Assembly (NCBI GenBank): GCA_965601925.1
Contig: OZ271854.1
Location: 4,544,001 to 4,608,000 of the forward strand
Source: Alkalispirochaeta sp.
GTDB taxonomy: Bacteria > Spirochaetota > Spirochaetia > DSM-27196 > Alkalispirochaetaceae
Length of the DNA: 64,000 nt
Direction of reading: 5' to 3'
Below, in pieces: positions 20,144 to 28,868 of the stretch. Position 1 is the stretch's first letter. Every line of letters starts with the position of its first letter. Below the pieces are notes generated by a model. The model saw only the letters and a program-made list of their open reading frames with translations, was not told the origin of the DNA and did no database searches. Both the position numbers and the translations under genes were made by a program.

Positions 20144-23100
20144 CTATTTCTTGCTCGCAAGCTCCAGAATCAACTCTACCTCGCCCTTGCTTACCTTGGT
20201 GGCTCGGGCGATCTCATCGACCTTCCACCCCTGATGGGCGAGCTTCTGCACCGTCTCGCGGGCGCTGAGGGTCGGCGCGCCGCCCGCCTCGGGTTTCTTC
20301 CGCGCATCCTCGCGCATGATGCTGCCCAGTAGTTTGACCTGCTCGCCGGCCTCCCGGCGTATCTCTTCCAGACGCGTCTCGGTGCGGGCAAGCCACTCCC
20401 GCGCGGTCTGCAGATCCCGCATTCGGCCTTCCACATCCTGCAGCGTCTCCTCGAGGCGCGCCAGCTGTGTGACGGCGACACTCGTCTCCTTCTTCTGCGC
20501 CGCTACCGCCTTAAGCTGGCCGGAGAGGGCCGCTATCTGTTCCGGCATCTGCTGAATACTGGAGGCAAGCTCGCCGAGTTTTCCTTCCATATCTTGGATT
20601 GCGCGGCTATTGGCCTCCAATCCGTCGGTCGTCTGATCGATTACTGCACGCCGCTTTTCGAGCCGGTCGAATCGCGTATCGACCTCCTGCTGGAGCTCGT
20701 CGAGGCTGCGCAGGCGGGCGGTGATATCCTGCAATTGGTCGTCGCTCGTCCCGACCTGCTCGATCTTGCCCTCGACGCTCTGCGCCAGGCCGATGAGGCG
20801 ATGGTAGTCCTCCTCCAACAGATCGATACGCCGCTTATCGGCGGTGAAACGCGCGACCTTCTCTCCCACGTCGGCCGACAACTTGCGAACTCGGGAGAAC
20901 TCCCCCTCGATGCCGCGCAACTCGCCGCGGAGGCCCTCGACGCGGGATATCTCCCCTTTGAGCGCTTCTATATCGTTGTGGAGCGCCGTCTTGAGCGAGT
21001 CCGCGCGTTCGAAGATCTTCGTCTGTTCGACGAACGCCTTTTGTCGTTTTTCGATCTCCTGCAGCGTGGTGGAGAGGGTGCGCGACTCCTCTTCCAGTTT
21101 GCCGAGCAGCTGCTCGCGCATCGCCTGAAACTGCTCGTGCGTGTCGGTGGTGAGAGCACGGAACTCGGCCGAGCGCGTTTGCAAGCGTTCGGCGATCTCC
21201 CGTTCGTGGCCGTCGGTACGCCGTTGCAGCTCGTCGGACCGCACTTCGAAGGCGTCGAGCACCTCGGCGGTTCTACTTTGTAACTGCTCCTCGAGTCGCC
21301 CGAGCTCGGTAGAGATCGATTCCAAATCCTCGCGGACGCGCCGACGTTCCTCAGCGCTGTCACGCACCAACTCGTCCCGTTCCTCGCCGAACTCCCGCTT
21401 GAGAGCTTGCAGGTTCTCGGACAGACGCACCTTCGCGTCGGCGAGTTGGTTATTGACATCCGCACCGTTGGCCCGCAGCTGATTAAGCACTTCGGTCTGC
21501 CACATCGCAACGTCGCTGCGCGCCGCCTCGACCATCTCCTGTACTACCTCGGCACCGGCCTGGGCCGAACGTTGAACGCGATCGATCTCGGTATTGATCG
21601 CCGTCTCGGCCTCTTTCAGATCGTCGCGAATCCGAGCGTCGGTTTGAGAAAACTCCTGGCGGAACGATTGGCGCGACCGTTCGCCGAGCGCCTCAAGTTC
21701 GTCTTGGATCGACGTTTCCAGCGTCGTGAGGCTCTGCTCCGCCGCATCCATGCGAGAGCGAATGCCGCCGCGAAACGAGTCCATCTGCTGATCGATCTTA
21801 TCGAGTTGACCGTGAATCGTATCTTGGAACTCGTGGAGCCGTGCACGCAGCTCGTCGCCGTAGGTTTGCTCGATCTCCGCCCGGCCCTCGGCGTGCTCGA
21901 CTTGTATGTCGTCCATCCTGCGGGCGACCTCACCGGCCCACGTACTGATACGCTCGTCCATAGCGGAAGAGCGCTGGCGCAGATCGGCAAAGAACTCGTC
22001 CTCGAACACTTTGAGGTTGGCGCTCACGCTGTCGTAGGCGCGCTGCTTGAGCTCGTTGAGCCCGGCTTCCAACTCGCCCATGGCACCGCGCAACTCCTCC
22101 ATGGACCGCTCTCCCTCGTCGCGATCCCGTTCGCGAAGGGCTCGAATCTCCTCACCGAACGCGAGAAAGTCTCCACGAACGCGCTCACTGATGCGGTCCA
22201 TCGTGGCGCGCAGGCTCCGTTCCAGCTCATCCACATCGGCGCCCACCGCCTCGATCTTCGAAAAACGGTACCCCAACTCTTTCTCGGAATCCGCCAGACG
22301 CGTCTCGATACCGGACAGAACGCGCTGTTCGACCTCGTGCGCACCGGTATCGATGCTCTGCGCGAGCTCCACCTTCACCGCCTCGATTCGATCCGTAACG
22401 GCGCGGCGATCGCTCTCGAGCTTGTCCCCGAGAAGACGCGTCTGTTCCGTAGTGGAATCGCCCAGCTGCTGCACCGTACTCAGCTCGGCTTCGAACTGCT
22501 CGCGTAACGCCCCAAGTCGCCGCTCGGTCGCCTCGCGCTGCGTCTCGATCCGCGTGCCGGTCTCTTCCACGTCGCCGTCGAGACGCGTTCGAAGCTCGTC
22601 GACGGAGGCGGTTACCGAATCGCGTAACGCCGCGACTCGGCCGTCGACTTCAGCGCGCAGGCGCCCGAGATCGTCCTCGGTTTCGCCGCGCTGCGTCTCG
22701 ATCAGTCGCCCCGCCTCTCCCATGTCGTTGTCGAGCCGCACACGAAGCTCGTCCACGGAGTCGGTCAACGAGGCGCGCAACGCCGCCACTTGATCTTCGA
22801 ACTCGCTACGGAGCCGTTGTAGGTGTTCCTCGGTCTCGCGGGAACGGCGCTCGATGCTCCGAGCATACTCCTCTTCGAGCGAACGGTTCTGATCCTGGAG
22901 CGTCTCTACATGCCGTTGGAGCTCATCGGTGCGTCGTTGATTCTCTTCGGTCCAACCGTCGACCTCGCGCTGCAACTGTGTGTATCGTTCGCTGATCGCA
23001 GCTTGACGTTCGTCGCTCTCCCGTCCCAGGTCGGCGACCCCGCTCTCGAGCCCCTCGCGCAGATCGGCGGCGCGTCTGGAGACGGTGTCGTCGATTGCGG

Positions 23101-24220
23101 CCAACGCTTCGCCGACGAGCACATCGGCGTGCTGGTGAGCCTCGTCGAGCCGGGATTGCAGCCGCTCCTCTCCCTCGGAAATCGATGCGTGAAGCGCCGC
23201 CATGCGCTCATCGCGCTCTTGCTCGGCCTCCTCCACGGCGCGGCGTAATTCGCTCTCGACCTCCTGCGACCGCGCCGCGATATGAGAACGGAGAGCGGTC
23301 AGCGCCTCGGTCTCGAGCTGGGTACCCTTCTCCGCTACGGCATCCAACGTACGTCGGGCTTCTCCCACGATACGCTCGACATCGTCGCGAAAACGCGTGA
23401 TCTCTTCCGATTCTTCGGCCCGGAGACGTTCGTACTCGATCGAGACGTCGCGTAACAGATCACCGACGCGCGCGCTCCCCTCCTCGAGTTCGCGGCGACT
23501 CGACGAGGCGATACCGTTCAGCTCCTCCGAGAGCCCGTCGGCGAGACGCTCGTGGAGCTGGGCCAGCGCACGCTGAGCCTCCTGGGAGCGGTCGTCGGTC
23601 TCGCTTTGAAGACGCGCGGCCTCCTCCGAGAAGGTCTGTACGCGCGTCGCCGCCCCGTCCACGCGGCTCTGCAACTCGTCCACCCGCGCCCGACTCTGCT
23701 CGAACAGGCGCTCCTCCACCTGGGTCAGGCGGTCGGTATTCTGCTTCTCGAATCCCGAAACGATCCCCGGAAGCGATCGTTCGAGTTCGTCGATCTTCGA
23801 CTGGGTCGCCTTGATACGTTTTCCGACCCTGTCGACGTACTCGCTCTCGTCTCGAACTCGAGCGATGTTGTCCTCGGTACGCCGCGTCATCTGTACCAGT
23901 TGATCGAGGACGCTTTCATACTCCGACAATCGCGTACCGATCGCCTCCAGGCTGCCCGTACGCGAGGAGAGATCCTCTTCGATCGCATTGATCCGTTTGA
24001 GCACCTCTTTGGCCGCTCTCTGGTGAACGTCGACCTCGATGCCGATGTCCTTCAGCATCGTGACCTTCTCCGCCACGATCTCGTCCATTTCGCCCTGGAT
24101 CCGCTCTACGAAGCGTTTCACCTTCTCGAGCGATCGATTGTTGTTGTCGAGCTGACGGTACACCGCGAGGATGATCACCACGACCAGTAGTACGACGATA
24201 TCGCCGATGGTAAATCCCAT
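20144..24220 (-). CDS. giant membrane-anchored coiled-coil protein (spirochaete SpiroCoCo / BB0512-like)
   Basis: N-terminal TM followed by YRQLDNNNRSLEKVKRF; about 1250 aa of E/R/L-rich coiled coil; C-terminal HTH-like QGWKVDEIARATKVSKGEVELILEL. Confidence 0.82.
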   Translation of the reverse strand: MGFTIGDIVVLLVVVIILAVYRQLDNNNRSLEKVKRFVERIQGEMDEIVAEKVTMLKDIGIEVDVHQRAAKEVLKRINAIEEDLSSRTGSLEAIGTRLSEYESVLDQLVQMTRRTEDNIARVRDESEYVDRVGKRIKATQSKIDELERSLPGIVSGFEKQNTDRLTQVEERLFEQSRARVDELQSRVDGAATRVQTFSEEAARLQSETDDRSQEAQRALAQLHERLADGLSEELNGIASSSRRELEEGSARVGDLLRDVSIEYERLRAEESEEITRFRDDVERIVGEARRTLDAVAEKGTQLETEALTALRSHIAARSQEVESELRRAVEEAEQERDERMAALHASISEGEERLQSRLDEAHQHADVLVGEALAAIDDTVSRRAADLREGLESGVADLGRESDERQAAISERYTQLQREVDGWTEENQRRTDELQRHVETLQDQNRSLEEEYARSIERRSRETEEHLQRLRSEFEDQVAALRASLTDSVDELRVRLDNDMGEAGRLIETQRGETEDDLGRLRAEVDGRVAALRDSVTASVDELRTRLDGDVEETGTRIETQREATERRLGALREQFEAELSTVQQLGDSTTEQTRLLGDKLESDRRAVTDRIEAVKVELAQSIDTGAHEVEQRVLSGIETRLADSEKELGYRFSKIEAVGADVDELERSLRATMDRISERVRGDFLAFGEEIRALRERDRDEGERSMEELRGAMGELEAGLNELKQRAYDSVSANLKVFEDEFFADLRQRSSAMDERISTWAGEVARRMDDIQVEHAEGRAEIEQTYGDELRARLHEFQDTIHGQLDKIDQQMDSFRGGIRSRMDAAEQSLTTLETSIQDELEALGERSRQSFRQEFSQTDARIRDDLKEAETAINTEIDRVQRSAQAGAEVVQEMVEAARSDVAMWQTEVLNQLRANGADVNNQLADAKVRLSENLQALKREFGEERDELVRDSAEERRRVREDLESISTELGRLEEQLQSRTAEVLDAFEVRSDELQRRTDGHEREIAERLQTRSAEFRALTTDTHEQFQAMREQLLGKLEEESRTLSTTLQEIEKRQKAFVEQTKIFERADSLKTALHNDIEALKGEISRVEGLRGELRGIEGEFSRVRKLSADVGEKVARFTADKRRIDLLEEDYHRLIGLAQSVEGKIEQVGTSDDQLQDITARLRSLDELQQEVDTRFDRLEKRRAVIDQTTDGLEANSRAIQDMEGKLGELASSIQQMPEQIAALSGQLKAVAAQKKETSVAVTQLARLEETLQDVEGRMRDLQTAREWLARTETRLEEIRREAGEQVKLLGSIMREDARKKPEAGGAPTLSARETVQKLAHQGWKVDEIARATKVSKGEVELILELASKK
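22508..22813 (-). repeat. 153-bp (51-aa) internal tandem duplication in the coiled-coil gene
   Basis: CGCGCTGCGTCTCGATC occurs at 22534 and 22687; both units share VAALR.S.T.SVDELR.RLD.D..E.G..IETQR. Confidence 0.85.
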
Positions 24221-24425
24221 TCTTTGTTCTCCCAGTTCTCGGGTCAGTATAGTCCACTTTTCCTTAAACTGTTAATCCGGCACCTCTTAAAACCCGTCGA
24301 GATCGCACTGAATAGTCATTCCCACACACGGTCGGGCCGAATCCTCCACGACTCCGGGAGTGTTTACGCGGTGCCCTCCATCCAAAAAACGACGATCGGT
24401 GCCGCTTCCCCTTTTCTGCGGACCG

Positions 24426-25115
24426 TCAGCCGGGCGTCGGGATGCGCGGGAGGAGCCATGCATGCAACTCGGTATAGCGCGAAAACACACAGTCGGCGAC
24501 GCCCGCCTTTGCGGAACGTCGTCTCGTGATGTAGGCGGTTCTCATCCCCGCGTTCCGCGCCCCGATCACATCGTAGTGCGCGCTGTTCCCGACGTAGAGG
24601 ATTCGCTCCGGCGGCTCGCCGAGCTCCGCCGCAAGGCGGTCGAACGGTTCGGGAGCCGGCTTGAGATATCCGATATCCTCGGAGGAGAACGCGGCGTCCC
24701 ACAGCCCCTCGAGACCGAGCGTACGCAGCTTGCGATGCACGGGAAAGTCGGACATCGCGCCGATCTTTACGCCCCTATCGCGGAGCCACAAGAGAAGCTC
24801 CTTGGCGCCGCGATGGGGTTTTACGCGGCCCAACGTCGCCTCCCACCGTCGGTAGATGATATTGCGAATCATGGCTTCGGCGCGCTCGACCGGGATACCG
24901 AGGTGTTCGGCGGTCAACGCAGCGGTGGTCGCCGCAAGATCGTCGATCGGTCGGATTCTCCTCGATGCGATACGCGCCCGGCCGAAGGCTCGAAAGAGGC
25001 GCGCGTGGCGCAGTACGAGCGGGGCGGAGGCGAGATACATTTTCCAGTTGGGATACAGCGTGCCGTCGATATCGAATGCGACGGCGGTAATGGAGATGGT
25101 GTCGTGATCCGTCAC
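24426..25115 (-). CDS. HAD superfamily hydrolase
   Basis: FDIDGTLY, KPAP, YVGNS..YDVIGARNAGM; GTG overlaps the tonB stop (GTGA). Confidence 0.88.
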   Translation of the reverse strand: MTDHDTISITAVAFDIDGTLYPNWKMYLASAPLVLRHARLFRAFGRARIASRRIRPIDDLAATTAALTAEHLGIPVERAEAMIRNIIYRRWEATLGRVKPHRGAKELLLWLRDRGVKIGAMSDFPVHRKLRTLGLEGLWDAAFSSEDIGYLKPAPEPFDRLAAELGEPPERILYVGNSAHYDVIGARNAGMRTAYITRRRSAKAGVADCVFSRYTELHAWLLPRIPTPG

Positions 25116-26125
25116 TCGTACCGCCCGGCTCTGGTTTCGACAATGATTGTAACCGACCCCTCGACGACGGGCGAGTCGGGCGACGGGGCGGGCTGAAATA
25201 TCCACGTCCGCACCGCCTCGACGAGCGCGGAATCGAGACCCGGCTCCGGAGTGGGAGGGAATACCGACGCGGAGACGACGCGACCGGCGGCGTTCACGCG
25301 AAAGCGCACGGAGACGGGATACTCGGCCGGAAATCCGGCGCCGAGCGAGACGGTATCAAGAGCGATCGGATCTCCGCGCAGACGAGTACGCCGCCCGTCG
25401 CCGTCGCCGATCGCGATACCGCCGGACGCCGCAGAATCGGTCTCGGCGGCGTCCGGCGGCTCCCGATCGCCCGGTGAGGCCGTCTCGATTACATTCGTGC
25501 TACCGGAGCGAATGGCGTCCACGAGACGGTCCAATTCGCGAGCAAGCGCTCCCTCGATCTCGGGCTGCAATGGTCGCGGCGCGACCTCGCCTCCGTCGAG
25601 GCGCTGCGCCTGCTCCGCCTCCCACACTTCAAGATCGCGCCGATACGCCTCCTGCCAGTCGTACAGCGCCTGCAGCTGTTCGTTCAGGAAGGCCGCGTCC
25701 GTCGACCGCGATTCGGAAGGGGCGAAATCACCCCGAAGGTCCGAGGCGACGCGAGTACGGGGCGGTAGCGGCGGCGGCGGCGGAACGAATGCGCGTTCGG
25801 CCGGAGCTGGGGCGGCAACCGTACCGTCGGTATCCCGGGTCGAAGGACGCTCATCGGGCGCGGCGGAACTCGACGACTCGGCGCGTGCGACGGTCTCCTC
25901 GCGAACGACGGGCTCTCGTGTCGGCGGCGGAACCGGCTCGGTCTCGCTGCTCGCCGTCACCGGCAGTGGATCGAGTGCGACATACAACGGCGCGTCGAAC
26001 GTCTCGTCCCGTACGGCGTCGAGGCGCGGAATGAGGATAAAGAGCGCTCCATGCAATACGAGCGCCACGGCGAGAGCGACGAGAAATCGCTCCCCATCGC
26101 CGTCGGTCACCCGAAGATTCCTCAC
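25112..26125 (-). CDS. TonB family energy transducer
   Basis: TM with conserved His (ALVLHG), Pro-rich linker, TonB C-terminal fold VRFRVNAAGRVV...AVRTWIFQPA. Confidence 0.82.
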   Translation of the reverse strand: MRNLRVTDGDGERFLVALAVALVLHGALFILIPRLDAVRDETFDAPLYVALDPLPVTASSETEPVPPPTREPVVREETVARAESSSSAAPDERPSTRDTDGTVAAPAPAERAFVPPPPPLPPRTRVASDLRGDFAPSESRSTDAAFLNEQLQALYDWQEAYRRDLEVWEAEQAQRLDGGEVAPRPLQPEIEGALARELDRLVDAIRSGSTNVIETASPGDREPPDAAETDSAASGGIAIGDGDGRRTRLRGDPIALDTVSLGAGFPAEYPVSVRFRVNAAGRVVSASVFPPTPEPGLDSALVEAVRTWIFQPAPSPDSPVVEGSVTIIVETRAGRYE

Positions 26126-26532
26126 CGTTCGTCGTCCTCCTGTTGGGCGACCAAGTTGGCGCCGCGAAAGCCGTTGCGCCGCAGCACGTCGAGAACGGCC
26201 ACCATCGTACCGTACGGCAAACTCCGGTCGGCCTCGATGGAGATCGATCGTTCTTCGTACCCGGAGCTATCGTCGGCGAGAAGCGAAGACAACTCCTCCA
26301 ATGTGTATCGTTCGGAGGCGAGATAGATCTCGTCCTCGGACACCACGGAGAGAACGATGCTGCTGGTCACCGCTTCCTGCGCCGTTCCGGCATCGGGGAG
26401 GTCGAGATTGAGCCCGGTTCGGGTGATCAATGTGCTGGAGAGCATGAAAAACACCACCAGTTGAAAGACGACGTCGATCATCGGAATGAGATCGACGTTA
26501 ACCATCGGGTGTAGTCGCCGGCGAAATTGCAT
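26122..26532 (-). CDS. exbD: ExbD/TolR family protein
   Basis: LIPMIDVVFQLVVFFM, IEADRSLPYG. Confidence 0.93.
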   Translation of the reverse strand: MQFRRRLHPMVNVDLIPMIDVVFQLVVFFMLSSTLITRTGLNLDLPDAGTAQEAVTSSIVLSVVSEDEIYLASERYTLEELSSLLADDSSGYEERSISIEADRSLPYGTMVAVLDVLRRNGFRGANLVAQQEDDER

Positions 26533-26536
26533 CGCT

Positions 26537-27145
26537 CTACTCCTTCTTGAGATAGAGGACCAACTCGTTGACCCGATTCTCGAGGCGAATGATCGAATGG
26601 TTGACCCGGCTCACGAGATAATTATAGAAGGCAATTGCCGGAACCGAGACGATAATTCCCGCCGCGGTGGTGAGCAGCGCCTCGGAAATACCTTGAGCGA
26701 GCACCGCCGGATCACCGCCGCCGATACCGGTCTCGCCGAGTACGCCGAAGGCTTGAATGTTTCCGGTAACGGTACCGAGAAGTCCCAAAAGAGGCGTCAC
26801 GTGGGCGATCGTCCCGAGACTGGAGAGAAACCGCTCCATACGGGGGATCTCCAAGTTCGCCGCGTCGCCGATGGCCATCCTGATGACCTCTCGCGAGTAA
26901 TTCCGATGTTCGATCCCGACCTTCATGAGGTTGGTAATGGGGCTCGGCAACGCCTCACATACCGCCAGCGCCTCGTCGAAGTTGCCCTTTGTGAGGGTCG
27001 TCTCGAGACGCCGCATCACCGTATCCTCGTCGACGCGATTCTTGCGAAAGAAGAGAAATCGCTCTACCACTATCGCGACGGCGACGATCGAGAGGGCGAG
27101 GATCACCACAAAAATGATCCCGCCTTGTTCAATTAGTTCGACCAT
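26537..27145 (-). CDS. exbB: ExbB/TolQ/MotA proton channel family protein
   Basis: PLLGLLGTVTG, GISEALLTTAAG. Confidence 0.93.
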   Translation of the reverse strand: MVELIEQGGIIFVVILALSIVAVAIVVERFLFFRKNRVDEDTVMRRLETTLTKGNFDEALAVCEALPSPITNLMKVGIEHRNYSREVIRMAIGDAANLEIPRMERFLSSLGTIAHVTPLLGLLGTVTGNIQAFGVLGETGIGGGDPAVLAQGISEALLTTAAGIIVSVPAIAFYNYLVSRVNHSIIRLENRVNELVLYLKKE

Positions 27146-27230
27146 GTGCTACTCCATATCTCGTGCGCCCGGTATCGGGTCCGCACGCTCTCGATCATTC
27201 GTCGCGACGCCGCGCGACGTCGGGGCGATG

Positions 27231-28868
27231 TTAAAAGCTTACTCGAACCGCCAACCCCGCCTGCAGGCCGGGATCGATAAAGGGATCCGCCGCGGACACC
27301 TCGACACCGCGCGGCGTCCGTCCGTCGTCGAGGAGCGGTCCGAGGAGGTCCCGAGCGTACAAGCGAACCTCGACGCCTCGCGACAGTTCGTACGACACTT
27401 CGGTCTCGACGACGGGCGCTATCAGCTCTCCGTCTATGGGGAACCGTACTCCGAGCTCGCTCGACACTCGTTCCCACTCGACGCGCACCAAACCGGTGAT
27501 TTCGTGCTCCGCCTCGCCGAGCATGCGGTCATTCCATCGCGCAAACCACCCGCCTTCGATACCGACACGCTCGCCGACGGATACCGAAAGCGTCGCATCG
27601 CTGTCCATCCGTTCGGTGTCCTCAACCACGATCGGGAATACTCCCGTCGCGGAGTCGTAGGGGTCGACGGTAAGCGTATTCTCTTCATCCGACCACATGA
27701 GGCCGGCCGACGCTCCGAGAACACCGGGAATGACGCGTATCTCCAGATCCCCATGAGCAAACCAACTCTCGTGGAGCGGGAGTTGATCGGAGGAGCCGCC
27801 CGGGGCGGTCGCAACCGGATACGCGGACCATAACGAAGCGTAGCTTCTGTCGGTGACGCGATATCCACCGGCGAGGGCGATCTCCCACCACTCGTTACCG
27901 CGGTAGGCGACGCCGGCCTCGGCGGGGAAATACGGCGCGTCGAAGAATCGGTAACGCGTCGAGCCCTGGGCGCTTACGGTCAGCCCGTCGCGCGGCACGC
28001 CTTCGACGGCGAGAGTGAGGCCCACCGACGAGCTGGGATCGACCGTTGCGCCCTCGTCGAAACGCCCCTCGTAGTCGGCGCTCGTCTCCAGGCGTAGGCG
28101 CGGCCATTCGAGACGGCCGAATACGTCGCCCACGACGAGCCTGTGTGACTCTTCGGGCGAGTCGGTATCGGAGTCAAGGGAGGCGAGAACGCGTCGCCTG
28201 TCGGAAAGAGTGGCCTCGACTCCCGCACTGCTGCGCGTTCCCCACTCCCACGACGTGCCCACTCGTCCCTCGAGCCCCCGCGTGTCGGCGGAGTAGAACA
28301 GCGGCCGCCCCTGCAGGCCGTATCGTCGGTCCTCGTATCGTCCCTCGATCTCCAAGCTCGCTCCGTCTTCGCGGCCGAAACGCAACCACGTATCGAGCGT
28401 GTTCTCCTGCACGAAGAAGCCGCTGCCCGGCTCGTTGAACTGAAATCCATCGGCGCCGGAGTGGTCGTAGCCCAGGCGAAACTGCGGCCCGTCGCCGAGG
28501 CGGTAAACATTAATGCTCCCGAGTACCGAGCTGACGCTTCCACCGCCCAGAGTCGCATTGAAGAAGACTTGATTTGTCGTGTTCGCAAAGTCTCCGACGA
28601 CGATCGTCTCGCGCGGCACGACGGGCGGTGCAAGATCCTGTACCGGCAACGCAGGCGGACTCGAGACGACATCGGGTGAGGGAGATTCGAACTCGAGAGG
28701 TGCCATCGGCGGTAGAGAGCCGATGACGGCGTCGAGCGGATCGACCCGCACGTCGACCCGCTCCGGATCGACGGCCAGAGGACGATCGTCCGTCTCCTGC
28801 GCCGTCACGAGGTGGGCCGAGGCCGCGGCGATCAAAGCGGCGAGCGGGAGAATGGTTGCGATTTTCAT
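27231..28868 (-). CDS. putative outer-membrane beta-barrel protein
   Basis: signal peptide, Pro-rich N-terminal segment, alternating amphipathic strands, C-terminal Phe (AGLAVRVSF). Confidence 0.7.
   Translation of the reverse strand: MKIATILPLAALIAAASAHLVTAQETDDRPLAVDPERVDVRVDPLDAVIGSLPPMAPLEFESPSPDVVSSPPALPVQDLAPPVVPRETIVVGDFANTTNQVFFNATLGGGSVSSVLGSINVYRLGDGPQFRLGYDHSGADGFQFNEPGSGFFVQENTLDTWLRFGREDGASLEIEGRYEDRRYGLQGRPLFYSADTRGLEGRVGTSWEWGTRSSAGVEATLSDRRRVLASLDSDTDSPEESHRLVVGDVFGRLEWPRLRLETSADYEGRFDEGATVDPSSSVGLTLAVEGVPRDGLTVSAQGSTRYRFFDAPYFPAEAGVAYRGNEWWEIALAGGYRVTDRSYASLWSAYPVATAPGGSSDQLPLHESWFAHGDLEIRVIPGVLGASAGLMWSDEENTLTVDPYDSATGVFPIVVEDTERMDSDATLSVSVGERVGIEGGWFARWNDRMLGEAEHEITGLVRVEWERVSSELGVRFPIDGELIAPVVETEVSYELSRGVEVRLYARDLLGPLLDDGRTPRGVEVSAADPFIDPGLQAGLAVRVSF

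Noticed and set aside
24225..24425. Possible ncRNA or riboswitch upstream of the coiled-coil gene
   Set aside because: No recognisable conserved RNA motif; only a weak promoter-like TTAACA-18-TATACT.
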